DNA of 64,000 nucleotides from Geosiphon pyriformis uo1 (lineage: Eukaryota > Fungi > Glomeromycota), in assembly GCA_016748015.1 (NCBI GenBank), contig JAAOMT010000563.1:1-64000 (forward strand), written 5' to 3'. This document shows positions 50,300 through 62,079 of the stretch, piece by piece. The translations under genes and the position numbers were made by a program. A model generated the notes under the pieces. The model was not told the origin of the DNA. It worked only from the letters and a program-made list of their open reading frames with translations, and did no database searches. Position 1 is the first letter of the stretch; each line of letters starts with the position of its first letter.

Positions 50300-51961
50300 T
50301 GTTACGGGATGGTTTTCTTGTTATATTTAATTGCTGATATCCCGCTTTAATTGCAATCAGTCTTTTGTGAGTTCCTCAATTCTATTTGTGTGATAATGTC
50401 ACTGTTACACTGAAGGCTTTCTTTTTACTGTTGCAATGTAAGTTATTCTTTAATTCTTGATTGTTGTGTGTGTTTATGTACTCCTTTTCAGAGGCTGAAC
50501 TGAAATCTACCCACTGTCTGGAGTCTTCTCTGAGGCTATCCTTGCAATTGCCTGATGTGTTTCTCTAATCTAGAAACACAGAATGTTAATGGTCTTTAGC
50601 GCTTTTCTAATTCTCACAATAAAGCTTTTATCAATTAGTAACAATGTGAATAATCTTGATCAAGAATTATTCTTCCAAGGGATTCAGTTGATGAATAATA
50701 GTTTCATTCAATAAATAATACAAGTAAGTTTCTTAATACTTTGGGTTGTGATAGTTCCGTTTTTAAATATTCTTTTTCATTTCTTTTTGATTTTAAAGGT
50801 TTCTTGGGATATTTAATTTGAAAGTATGATTTAAAGTGGAGTTTGTTGGATAAAATTGGATCTATTGCTTGATAAGTTATGATTTTTATTACTTGATTGA
50901 TTATTTCCCAATATTAAAACTACTGTATATATACATGTTTGTAGTTCTACGAAAAAATACTTTCTTTTTGATATTTCAACCTGGTGTTTGCTGCTATCAC
51001 CAGTTGGTGTTGGCTGCTATTGTGAACTGGTGCTTGCCACTATCGCGAGATGGTGTTTGCTACTATGTTAATCATTACCTTTCTAAGATTATTACNNNNN
51101 NNNNNNNNNNNNNNNNNNNNNNNNNNNNNNNNNNNNNNNNNNNNNNNNNNNNNNNNNNNNNNNNNNNNNNNNNNNNNNNNNNNNNNNNNNNNNNNNNNNN
51201 NNNNNNNNNNNNNNNNNNNNNNNNNNNNNNNNNNNNNNNNNNNNNNNNNNNNNNNNNNNNNNNNNNNNNNNNNNNNNNNNNNNNNNNNNNNNNNNNNNNN
51301 NNNNNNNNNNNNNNNNNNNNNNNNNNNNNNNNNNNNNNNNNNNNNNNNNNNNNNNNNNNNNNNNNNNNNNNNNNNNNNNNNNNNNNNNNNNNNNNNNNNN
51401 NNNNNNNNNNNNNNNNNNNNNNNNNNNNNNNNNNNNNNNNNNNNNNNNNNNNNNNNNNNNNNNNNNNNNNNNNNNNNNNNNNNNNNNNNNNNNNNNNNNN
51501 NNNNNNNNNNNNNNNNNNNNNNNNNNNNNNNNNNNNNNNNNNNNNNNNNNNNNNNNNNNNNNNNNNNNNNNNNNNNNNNNNNNNNNNNNNNNNNNNNNNN
51601 NNNNNNNNNNNNNNNNNNNNNNNNNNNNNNNNNNNNNNNNNNNNNNNNNNNNNNNNNNNNNNNNNNNNNNNNNNNNNNNNNNNNNNNNNNNNNNNNNNNN
51701 NNNNNNNNNNNNNNNNNNNNNNNNNNNNNNNNNNNNNNNNNNNNNNNNNNNNNNNNNNNNNNNNNNNNNNNNNNNNNNNNNNNNNNNNNNNNNNNNNNNN
51801 NNNNNNNNNNNNNNNNNNNNNNNNNNNNNNNNNNNNNNNNNNNNNNNNNNNNNNNNNNNNNNNNNNNNNNNNNNNNNNNNNNNNNNNNNNNNNNNNNNNN
51901 NNNNNNNNNNNNNNNNNNNNNNNNNNNNNNNNNNNNNNNNNNNNNNNNNNNNNNNNNNNNN

Positions 51962-52945
51962 ATGTGCTGCTTTTCTTAATATTTTATCATCTAGTCTTAG
52001 CTTATATGCTCCATTTCCAAGTATTTCGTGAATATAAAATGGTCTATCCCACTTGTGATCAAATTTTCCACTCCACTGTTTTTCCATTTTTGTACGATGC
52101 AACAATACTTTATCTCCAATTTTGTAGCTAATTATATTATCTGGTAACTGGTTATCATGTCTCACTTTTTGTTGTTCTTGTGATTGTTCAATATTTTGTG
52201 CTGCTTTTCTTCTTTTGTTTTCTAAAGTTCCCATTAATTCGTATGTTCTTCTAAGTAGTGTTTCCTGGAATGTTGTTTCCGTGATAGTGTCACTCGGATA
52301 AGTTGGGATAGTAAGTTCAACGGGTAATGTGGCTTTTCTTCCATAAACTAGTTCAAACGGTGTGAATTGTGTAGTATCTTGTTTTACTGTTCTATATGCT
52401 AATAGTACTGCTGGTATGAACAAATCCCATTCTTTTTCATGTTTGTTACTAATTTTCGCCAGTGATTCGCATAATGTGCGATTAAATCTTTCAACTAATC
52501 CATTTGTTTGAGGGTGGTATAGTGATGACAGTGGTCGCTTGATTCCAAATTTTTGGCTAAGTTCTTTTAAGGTGCTGTTTACGAAGTGTGTGCCTTGATC
52601 TGATAGCAATTCTTGTGGACATCCATGTCGGCAAATTAAGTCTTCATGTACGAATTGAGCTACGGAAATAGCATCAGCTGTTTTAATAGCTTTAGCTTCT
52701 GGCCATTTGGTGAGATAGTCCATGGCTACTGCAATATAACGGTTGTTTCTTGTTGTTATTGGTAAGGGTCCAACTAAATCAATTCTGATTCTGTCAAATG
52801 GCTGTCCAACTTTTATTGGTCTTAATAATTCCATTGTTTTTGCTCCTCCTCTTCATTGGCATGGGTCACAATTTCTTATGTATTGGATTATGTCTGAGCT
52901 CATTTTTGGCCAATAGTAATGGCTAGTTGCACGTTGGATGGTTGC
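51962..52945 (-). pseudogene. Gypsy C integrase
   Basis: IDLVGPLP, DYLTKWPEA, SDQGTHF, QTNGLVERFN. Confidence 0.92.
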
Positions 52946-52965
52946 NNNNNNNNNNNNNNNNNNNN

Positions 52966-54395
52966 AAATTACGTCCATTAGTCTTTGGCATGTCGCTGGG
53001 AGCGTTTGTTAATCCAAATGGCATTACATTGAACTCATAATTGCCATTTTGTGTTGTGAATACTGTTTTATGCCTGTCTTTTGGGTCCATTTCCACTTGC
53101 CAGTACTCACTGGTCAAGTCCAGTGTAGAAAACCATTTTGCTCCTCCAAAAACGTCGAAGATTTCGTCAATTAATGGTATTGGGTATGAGTCTTTGGTTG
53201 TTTTGCTGTTTAGTTTGCGATAGTCAATGCAAAATCTAATTTTTCCGTTCTTTTTCCTTACTAAAACAACTGGTGAGGACCATGGGCTCATTGATGGTTG
53301 TATTATTCCTTTTTCCAACATGCTTTGGACTTCTTCTCTGATAAAATTATGCTCCATTGGTGGGACACAGTAAGCGCGTTGTTTTTCAGGTTTGGTGTCT
53401 CCAGTGGGAATTTGGTGTTGAACCAAGTTGGTTCTTCCAAATTCGCCATTTCTTGAAAATATATCAGAGTATTTTAAAATTAATGCTTTTAATTGTCGCT
53501 GTTGGTCAGGATCCATTGTTCCAATGTTTAATTTGGCCAATTCTTCTGGCGTAAATTGATAGCATTCTACTGGTTGTTGCCAATTTATTGAAGTGAGTTC
53601 ACAGTAGAGGGCGATTTCTGGGAAATTTAGAATTTCTTGTGGTGTTGACGCGTTTTCTAGCTCCGTTCCGAGGTATCCAATGATGGTATCTTCCGGAATG
53701 TAAACAGGTTCTTCTGTGGTGTTTGCGATAGGAATTTTTATCCATTGAGCTTTATCAGCTGGAATAAAAAGGTTAGTAAGTCCTATGAGAAACTGTTGGC
53801 AAGTTTCTGGGTAGGGCTCAAATATTAGGTCTTTTTCTTTAATTGTCCTTTTTATTCTTATTTCTGATTTTCCATATGGTAGGAGCGTGATAGACCGCTT
53901 ATTTTTAATTACTTCGCCTTTTTCCCTTATTGTTTCAGCGAAATTTGCTTCAATTCCTTTTTTTGTCAATCCAAAACCAAAAGTTCCTCTCGTTGTTTGT
54001 GACAATTCCTCACGATTTTCCACTGACACAAATTTCCCAATTTTTACCAATGGTAGGAAAATTGCTTGTGCAATCTTTTCCTTAGATTCAATAATATAAG
54101 GCTTTTCTGAATTGTTTTGTAGCAAAACCATCAAATTTCCAGTGTATCCGGAGTCAATTACTCCTCCTTGAACACTTATTCCTTTTTTCGCAAGGCTTGA
54201 TCGCGATGCCATTTGAACCATTATTCCTGGCGGAATTTCAACCGCTATTTTTAGGTCAATTTTGGTGATGCTCCTGGGTGGTAACGTTGTGGATTGGTCT
54301 TCTGGATAACGTAGATCGAATCTGGCGTCGGTTGAATGGGCTCTTTTAGGTATTATTCCTAAGTGCCCATTGTCAAAGTATCGAATGTCGGTCAT
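52966..54395 (-). CDS. Gypsy C pol segment: dUTPase followed by RT N-terminal half
   Basis: DARFDL, ASRSSLA, GGVIDSGYTGNL, KIAQAI, RGTFGFG; then SPVVLVRKKNGKIRFCIDYRKLN and MPFGLTNAP in one frame. Confidence 0.92.
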
Positions 54396-55391
54396 CTGTT
54401 CTAGGTTGGTATAGGCTACAAATTTTTCTGACTCGGGACCGTCAGGTGAGTCTTGTTGATTTATTGATTGATTTTGAGACTGCTGATTCTCAATTTCTAT
54501 TTTTCTTTCTAAGTCCCTTTCGTCTTGACACTCTTTACAGCACTGACTTTGGCATGGGATGAGACAGTTTTCGCAAAAGTAAGTGTTGATTTGGGCGAGG
54601 TATTGTTCTTGCTTTTGTCAAGTGAGACATAGTTGTTGGTAGTAGTCCTGGAATTCTTCCACTGGGTCGAATATGTTGTAGCTGGTGACTTCGTTGGCTA
54701 CTTCGGCTGACTCTTTCCAACGTCGTATTTCTTCGGCGGTTCCTCCTTTTACTTTGGCTTGTGCGGTGTTGTACAACTTGTCCTTGTCATATGGGTAGTA
54801 CTGTAGTCTTTTTAACGCTCTGTTGAATGCTGCTTCGAACGGCGTTTCTCCTCTTACCCAGTCACAAATGAGGATCGTGTATTGACAAGTTGCGTCACAT
54901 GTTCCTCCTCTGCCTGGTAAGTCGTTCCAGTCACACCCTCTTGGTAACGGTTCTCCACAAGCGAGGCATGGTTCCTCGTCCCATTTTCCGTGTCTTTCTG
55001 GGTAACCGTATTTTTCTTTGTTACAACGGTTACAATAGTAGTGGGTGGGGTTTCTTGGGTCTTCGTCCGGTGCGCTGCACACAGTCATAGACGAGAGTTT
55101 CTTCTTGCAAACCGAGCATTCTAGCTTTGGTCTGCATCGCTGGTGGTTTCTTCGTGAACTTACCTGGTTTCATTCGGATCTTTCTTCACTAATCCACATT
55201 GGTACGGCTGGTAGTCCTGTTCTTTGGTCATCAGCCCAAGAGAGCTGATAGGTTTCGATGGCTGGTAGTGCTGGATTTTCCTCAAATTTGAAGGTAGGTC
55301 TTTGGTTGGCGCTGGGTTTTTGGAAGTGGCCACAGGTGGCTGGAATTTTGGCCTGGTGGCCATTATAATTGATCAGAAGCTCTTGGGTGGT

Positions 55392-55760
55392 CTAGTCTAG
55401 GGTGGCGTTGGCTTTTGTTAGCCAGTCATTCTCTACTAATGCTTGATATTGTGTAGCGTCTATTACTAATACTTTTGTAGGTATTACTATGCCATTAATT
55501 TCGAAAGAGAATAAGTCAATTTCGCCATAAGGCAGCTTTGTACTTCCATCGGCTATTATGATTTGGGACGTCGCAGCACAATCAACTTTGAAACCCAGTT
55601 GGTTTACTAGTTGAAGCGTTACGATGCTTCCAGCGGATCCGCTGTCTAAGATAAGTTTGATTGGAGTATTGTTTACAGTGGCTTCCGTATACATAGCAGT
55701 GATTGGGCGTTTTTCGTCCAATGCTGCTCCACTGAACATAGCCTCGTTTTCCTCTAATTC
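55392..55760 (-). pseudogene. Gypsy C aspartic protease
   Basis: LILDSGSAGS ... ALVENDWL. Confidence 0.88.
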
Positions 55761-56069
55761 AAAAGGAAAAATAGCTGCGAGGCTGCTATCTTCGGTGGCA
55801 ACTGCTGGTGGTATTGTCTGGCTCAATTTGGAGGAATTCTTGGTTCTGTTTATGTTTCTACCATCATTGTTTCCGATGATCAGGTTTTCCGGTATATTAA
55901 GGTAAGTTTGTTGATAATTTTGGTAGTTTGGATTGGTTTGCTGATTGGTTCTGGCGCAGTTTGGATTCCTTTGGACCAACGCATTCTGGTTCCACATGGG
56001 CTGATTTCAGGCCTCGGGACGCCAATTCGGGTTGGCTATTATGGGCTGTTGCTGGTAAGCTCCTTGATT

Positions 56070-58212
56070 TTAATATGTGGTGGGATATTGGCGTGATATT
56101 GGCGTGTACTGGTTTCTGGGCATTTGGGGTGGCGCATAGTAATTATTTTCGCATGCTTCCTGCATCATTCGCATTCGACATTGACTAATCAAATGTCCTA
56201 CGCGTTTGCAAAAATGGCAGGTGCGTGTTTCTGTTCTGAATTCCTGGCGCGACGAGCGATTATTTCGACTGTCACTGACTTCCTGGCTGCGTCTTTGGAG
56301 TGGTTGGTATGTATTTTTTCTCGGATCTGGGATGAGGTAACTTTCTATTTTCTTAGAGAGTTCCTCCCCTAATCGCATTACTCTTTTCTCTAATGTTTCT
56401 GTCTTATTTTCCTCCATTACCATGTTAACCATTTGACTATGGTTAGCTTCTTTCTCAGCTGATTCAAGGGCTCTGGCGAGCGTAACGGCTTCTGGTAAGG
56501 AATTAGGGTGGGCAGGNNNNNNNNNNNNNNNNNNNNAAAAATGCTAGCTCATTTTTCCCAAAGAAACATTTTTCTAGATTTAGTTTAAGTCCAGCGTGTC
56601 TCAATCTCTCAAAAACTTGTTGTAAATGTTGGAGATGATCCGTGAATTTTGACGAGAAAACATTTGTATCATCCAAGTAGACAACAACGGATTGCCACAG
56701 AATTCCGGAGTAAATTACGTCCATTAGTCTTTGGAATGTCGCGGGAGCGTTTGTTAATCCAAATGGCATTACATTGAACTCATAATTGCCATTTTGTGTT
56801 GTGAATACTGTTTTATGCCTGTCTTTTGGGTCCATTTCCACTTGCNNNNNNNNNNNNNNNNNNNNTTCTGGTAAGGAATTAGGGTGGGCAGGGCATACTC
56901 TTCCTAAAATGCTGCTTTTTAATCCTCTAATAAACTGATTTAAAACCTGAGGATCAGTGTAATATCCTTGTTCAATCGCTTCAATCTGACAGCGAATTCG
57001 ATTGAATCGAGCAAGGTATTGGGTGACAGTTTCACCAGTATTTTGCTTGATAGTATTGAATTTGTTCTGTAGTTGGATTACGGCATTTGGGTTGCTAAAA
57101 TACTCCAGGAGTGCATTTTTAAATTCGGCAAAGCTCGTGGGTTTTGTTTCCAGGCTTTGATACCACGAGTCAGCTGTGCCTTTCAAGAAGAAAGGTAATG
57201 TTTGAATTGCTCTTTGGTCGTTCCAGTTATTTGCCTGGATGGCTTTTTGTGCTTCTCTGAGCCATGTGTGCACGTCCGTTTCTTCTTCCTCTCCTAAGAA
57301 ATCTGTTAGTCTTGCAATGTATGGTGTGGTCATTTCGTTGCCGTTTTCTGCTGGTGGGTTTATTGGTCTAAAAGGAGGTGGGATGATATTTCCTTGAGCG
57401 TTCCTAAAAGTGGCTTCCCTTATATCCGGTTCTTCCTCTTGATCACGAGTTTCTTGGTTTCTGGACTGGCTGCTTGTTCCAGTGACTGGTCTTGTGATTG
57501 TTTTTTTGCTGGTCTCTTTTTCGGATTCTGATTCAGACTCCTCTTCACGGTTTTCAAACCCCGTTCTAAATTTTGGCTGAAAAAGAGGGTTTTGGAATAG
57601 TGATGAATATCTTTCTGTAATTGGTATGTCTCCCCAGTTACGTTGTTTAATTTTATCAATATAACTAGGAGTTCTTGGCGTTTGTGGAGTTGATGTTGAT
57701 GATGATGCAGCTCCTAATGGAATTTGTATCTTATTTTCTGGTGAAAAATGGTATGATTTATTTTCTGGTGAATAAATACGTTGTTTTTTTATTGATTGAG
57801 TGACAGTTTTCTTTGGTGTTTGAGCTGGTGTTTCTAGTTTTTGCTGGTTACTTTCCTGATTAGTTTCTAAATTTTCTTTGGTTTTGTTGGCGCGTTCCCT
57901 AGTGTTTCCTGTGGATATTGGAAAATTTTTGTTGGCGTATTGCTCAATTTCTCGATGGATTTTGACAATAGTTGCGGCTATTACTGCTACTTCTTTTGTA
58001 GTGTATTGTGATAATTCTCTATACAATCCAAGTTTTGCGTCGTGTGGTTCTTCTTCCTTTCCTATATGATAATTTATTCTGGCGTTGATATAATAAGTGA
58101 GGGCAGATTCTGCTGGACAACACCCTTCTGGTAATCCAAGATCACTTTGATTTTGTGTGTAAATAGCACGGCAGAATTCAAGAATAGTAAGATTAGGGGT
58201 TTTTGTCGCCAC
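56070..58212 (-). CDS. Gypsy C gag (contains a mis-scaffolded RT fragment at 56537-56845)
   Basis: Capsid-like segment FLKGTADSWY...KQ..GETV..Y...QFIRGLK; knuckle CHFCKRVGHLISQC. Confidence 0.85.
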
Positions 58213-58294
58213 TTTTGTCTTTTCCTTTTTAGCAATAAATTATTGCTAATTATTATTTTCTTTTTGATTTTCTTTCCTCGTAGGGTTCACCAAA

Positions 58295-59030
58295 TGTTAC
58301 GGGATGGTTTTCTTGTTATATTTAATTGCTAATATCCCACTTTAATTGCAATTAGTCTTTCATGAGTTCCTCAATTCTATTTGTGTGATAATGTCACTGT
58401 TACACTGAAGACTTTCTTTTTACTGTTGCGATGTAAGTTATTCTTTAATTCTTGATTGTTGTGTGTGTTTATGTACTCCTTCTTAGAGGCTGAACTGAAA
58501 TCTACCCACTGTTTGGGGTCTTCTCTGAGGCTATCCTTGCAATTGCCTGATGTGTTTCTCTAATCTAGAAACACAGANNNNNNNNNNNNNNNNNNNNTAA
58601 TACTTTGGGTTGTGATAGTTCCGTTTTAAATATTCTTTTTCATTTCTTTTTGATTTTTAAAGGTTTCTTGGGATATTTAATTTGAAAGTATGATTTAAAG
58701 TGGAGTTTGTTGGATAAAATTGGATCTATTGCTTGATAAGTTATGATTTTTATTACTTGATTGATTATTTCCCAATATTAAAACTACTGTATATATACAT
58801 GTTTGTAGTTCTACGAGAAAATACTTTCTTTTTGATATTTTAACCTGGTGTTTGCTGCTATTACCAGTTGGTGTTGGCTGCTATTGTGAACTGGTGCTTG
58901 CCACTATCACAAGATGGTGTTTGCTACTATGTTAATCATTACCTTTCTAAGATTATTACTGTGCTATATTATGATTGAATAGTTTGTATTATTTTTATGA
59001 TTCTTTTTTCTAAATTCTTAAACTGTAACA
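58295..59030 (-). repeat. 5' LTR of Gypsy C (internal N gap)
   Basis: Direct repeat of 50300-51095. Confidence 0.93.
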
Positions 59031-59935
59031 GCGTCAGCTAGCATCTCCCACATTCCATCCAAGTTGCTACCATCCTCAGCCATCTTGAACCCATCCAGAG
59101 AACCCAAAAGCACACACTCAGAAAGGTCCTTAAAATGCACCCACTTTTTTTCATCAGCATCCTTAATCTTAAACTTCTAGTGATCCTTATTAGCGTGTTT
59201 GTGGATGCTGTTCAAATGAGCATCCAGAAGACCACCCAACCCAATAGATGTCAACACAGCCAAGTGATCCATGTTGAAAAATTCTGAGACAGAACCAACA
59301 TCATGATCCACAACCGCTGAAATCAAAGATTCACTAACTAGAATGTAATTCAGAACTTTGCTAACGCCTCTTGAATTGTTCCAAGTAGGAATTCTAGCTA
59401 GAGAGTGACCACCAAAAACATTAACCAAACCCAAACCTAAACATTTCCTAAGACTTGTCCCTTTGACTGAATTGTCCTCATTGAAGTTCTCACCCAAAAT
59501 GACAAAAGAGCTCTTATTGACAGCATCAGCAATAAATGAATTAATAACAGAAGCCTGAGCAAAATGGTCACTACCAGACACACAGGCATAAAGCCCAATG
59601 ACAGACACAGAAAGCTTGTTCTTGAACAAAAGGCAAATTAAAAGAACCCTGCCCTTTACCTCCTCAATTTTAGAAACATGACAAGCTAGAGAGTCATTTA
59701 CAAAAATAGCCACACCAGTCCCATGAAACCCAATGTCCAGACCAGATGTAAAAACTCAGACACCCTCAAACCTTTTCATAATCCATGGTTGTGAACTAGA
59801 ACACAACTTGGTTTCCATAACAATTGAGATCAAATTACCAGATTCCCTATGCCAACAATAAATGTCCTTCTGTTTCGCAGGATTGTTCATTCCCCTAACA
59901 TTATACGTGGCAATTCTCCAAATAAAACCAGTCAT
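59031..59935 (-). pseudogene. LINE 4 ORF2 APE endonuclease
   Basis: ATYNVRG, METKL, GENFNE, LNYIL, MDHLAV. Confidence 0.88.
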
Positions 59936-61785
59936 TGTGATGAAAAGACAACCAAAGGACCCGAGCCAGCACACAACTGATCCAACTTAGCCAAAATCGA
60001 ACCAATGGAGATGTCAAGAGTGACCAGCTTTGATTCCAGACCACCAACTTTGGAAGTTAGGACTTTGGAACTACTTGGACCCAATAGTGAACTGGTAACA
60101 CCTGAAGAGAAAGAAGTAGGCTGGACAAAAGGATCATCAACCGCCATGTCAAAGTTCAAGTCGGAGTTTGCAACCACAAGAGGGGACTGAGAAACTACCA
60201 CAGAAGGAGCCACATGAGAGGAAGGCGCCAAGGGAGCCGAACTAATATTGTCAAGATGAAAAAGAATGTTTGAAATTTGTTCAGACAGAAGCTCTACAGA
60301 GTGTTCCAGAAGTGCTAAGCGAGCACTCAAAGGAGAATTGACCACAGGTAGAGGGGGAAGTACTCCACCCGAACTCAAATCACCAGAAGGCAGGAAACCG
60401 AAACCAGAACCAGCACGAAAACCATAAGAGACTGAAGCAACTGAGATCACTTGAGCCCACGATTTGCCACCAAAAGCAACAGAACGAAAGATCAGCACAT
60501 TCTTCTTCGCATACAATTTGGCCAGCTGAAGACAAGTATTAAGGTTGGTAGGCCTTATAAAAAACTTTGAAGATTTGGAAGCTGATGCAACCTCAGCATC
60601 ACATTCTAAGGCAGAATGACCAAACTTCTCACACCATTCACAGTGAACCAAATCTAGCCTAGCCCATGAGAGTTTTATACCACCAAGGATTGGTTCTGTG
60701 TGAAAAACTGACTCCAAAACCTCATCAGAATCAAAACACACAACAGCACAGTGAACTCTATTACCAGTCTCCAATGACCAATTTATGACACAAGTTTTCC
60801 TACCAGCCCTTTCAAGAAGATTCTCAAGATCATAAGCAGTAGTCCCTACTGGCAAAGTAAACAAAAGTGCTCTAAACTGGTCCCTAGATGCCCAAGTCTC
60901 ACAATTGTCCACCACCATAGTCACACGAACTGAGTTTTTACCAATTAGGAAGGACCACCTAGCAGCCAAAGACACAGCCTGTTCCAATTCGGCGAATTCC
61001 ACCACAGTCTTTTGCCATAAACCAATCAACTGGATTTTGATCAACTTAATTTCTCCAAACTTGGATACTGCGGTGACAATCATTTCTTTCGGCGTGTTCA
61101 TGGGAATTTCCTTGATTACTATGGTCCGATTTGAGCATATTCTCTGTCTCTTAAGATCACTGTTTACAATGATGTTATTTTTCTTGGCCAATGATGTGGC
61201 CTTTTCCATGCTTTCCAATGAAGTAAATGTTAATCGGATGATCCCTTCAAATTTTAAAAGGGTAGTGGCCCCCCCAAAACCATTGATTCCTGAAAATAAT
61301 TTCCTCACAACCTGAGTTTTAGCCGTTGCCGATTTCCCTTCCACAGCCGAAAGATTGATGTCCAAAGCGAAAGATTTCTTCACAGCCACTTTCATCTGAG
61401 TTTTAACAATTTTGGGGTCCACCCACACCTTTTCCAAAAAGAAAGACAACTGGAGAGGAAGAGAAACTTCCTCTTCATCATCATCCATGTCATAATTGAT
61501 AGAGCTGAGAGGGGAACCGATAGTCACACCAGTATTGAAACGCTTCGCATTGGGCGTATTCATTTGGGAGTCAGAGATAACTTTACCATCAAAAACTTCT
61601 CCATCCATATCCATGCTAGTAAGTTGCCCATCTATACTAACAGGTTCACCAACTTTGAGATTTTTATCTGTACTTGAAAGTTTAACACCACTGAGAGGCT
61701 TTTTGACTTTTTGAGTTGAATCACTACCAACTGAACTAGTGGTCAAGACTCTGGCAGACCTTCTCTTAGCACTAGGACCACTCAT
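59932..61785 (-). CDS. LINE 4 ORF1, open for 617 aa (RRM-like repeats, CCHC knuckle, coiled coil)
   Basis: IVIKEIP...FGEI...VVEF; CEWCEKFGHSALEC; RLALLEHSVELLSEQI. Confidence 0.88.
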   Translation of the reverse strand: MSGPSAKRRSARVLTTSSVGSDSTQKVKKPLSGVKLSSTDKNLKVGEPVSIDGQLTSMDMDGEVFDGKVISDSQMNTPNAKRFNTGVTIGSPLSSINYDMDDDEEEVSLPLQLSFFLEKVWVDPKIVKTQMKVAVKKSFALDINLSAVEGKSATAKTQVVRKLFSGINGFGGATTLLKFEGIIRLTFTSLESMEKATSLAKKNNIIVNSDLKRQRICSNRTIVIKEIPMNTPKEMIVTAVSKFGEIKLIKIQLIGLWQKTVVEFAELEQAVSLAARWSFLIGKNSVRVTMVVDNCETWASRDQFRALLFTLPVGTTAYDLENLLERAGRKTCVINWSLETGNRVHCAVVCFDSDEVLESVFHTEPILGGIKLSWARLDLVHCEWCEKFGHSALECDAEVASASKSSKFFIRPTNLNTCLQLAKLYAKKNVLIFRSVAFGGKSWAQVISVASVSYGFRAGSGFGFLPSGDLSSGGVLPPLPVVNSPLSARLALLEHSVELLSEQISNILFHLDNISSAPLAPSSHVAPSVVVSQSPLVVANSDLNFDMAVDDPFVQPTSFSSGVTSSLLGPSSSKVLTSKVGGLESKLVTLDISIGSILAKLDQLCAGSGPLVVFSSQ

Positions 61786-61949
61786 AGTGGCAGCCGGGCC
61801 AACAACAAAAGGGTTTGATTCTTGTGAAATATTGGAAGACAGTATGCAAAAACAGAAAAAACTTCTTTCAAAATTTGACTCTTTTTCAGGAATTTGGGAC
61901 GAAGAAGAGAAAGAAGTTTATAAATTTTCTTTAATAAATTTAATGTAAT

Positions 61950-62079
61950 TTAATTTTGACCAGCTTAGATGGTTAATTATATGTAAAAAATGCATAAATT
62001 ATGGTTATTTATAAAATATCTTAGTTTTATGTTATAATTAACAATAGAATTGTATTTTGTTAAAGCAATATAAAAAAAA
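61950..62079 (+). mobile_element. Decayed isolated LINE 3' tail with poly(A); a second weaker copy at ~62435-62530
   Basis: tgaccagcttagatggttaattatatgtaaaaaatgcataa...ttgttaaa..taaaaaaa resembles the tail consensus. Confidence 0.55.

Larger units (their letters stand above)
50300..59030 (-). mobile_element. Ty3/Gypsy element C, younger, with assembly gaps
   Basis: LTRs 50300 to beyond 51095 and 58295-59030; TGTTAC...GTAACA; TSD GCGT at 50296-50299 and 59031-59034; PBS TGGTGAACCCTACG 2 nt inside the 5' LTR. Confidence 0.93.
46382..61919 (-). mobile_element. LINE 4, full length and least decayed, interrupted by Gypsy C
   Basis: 5' UTR to 61919; ORF1; ORF2 59935-59031 and 50299-46515; 3' tail with (TAAA)n; TSD ATAAATTTT at 46373-46381 and 61920-61928. 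Confidence 0.92.

Noticed and set aside
50869-52131. Long ORFs of 309-580 aa spanning this interval
   Set aside because: They read through the N gap 51096-51961
56503-56870. Apparent Gag-RT fusion and rearranged RT in Gypsy C, with RNase H missing
   Set aside because: The RT piece sits between short N gaps and overlaps 52966-53100, and the gag sequence HPNSLPE is duplicated on both sides; most likely mis-scaffolding
58275-58294. Assigning specific primer tRNAs to the PBS sequences
   Set aside because: TGGTGAACCCTACG resembles a tRNA-Trp PBS, but neither it nor TGGTGCTTTCTC can be assigned without the host tRNA set
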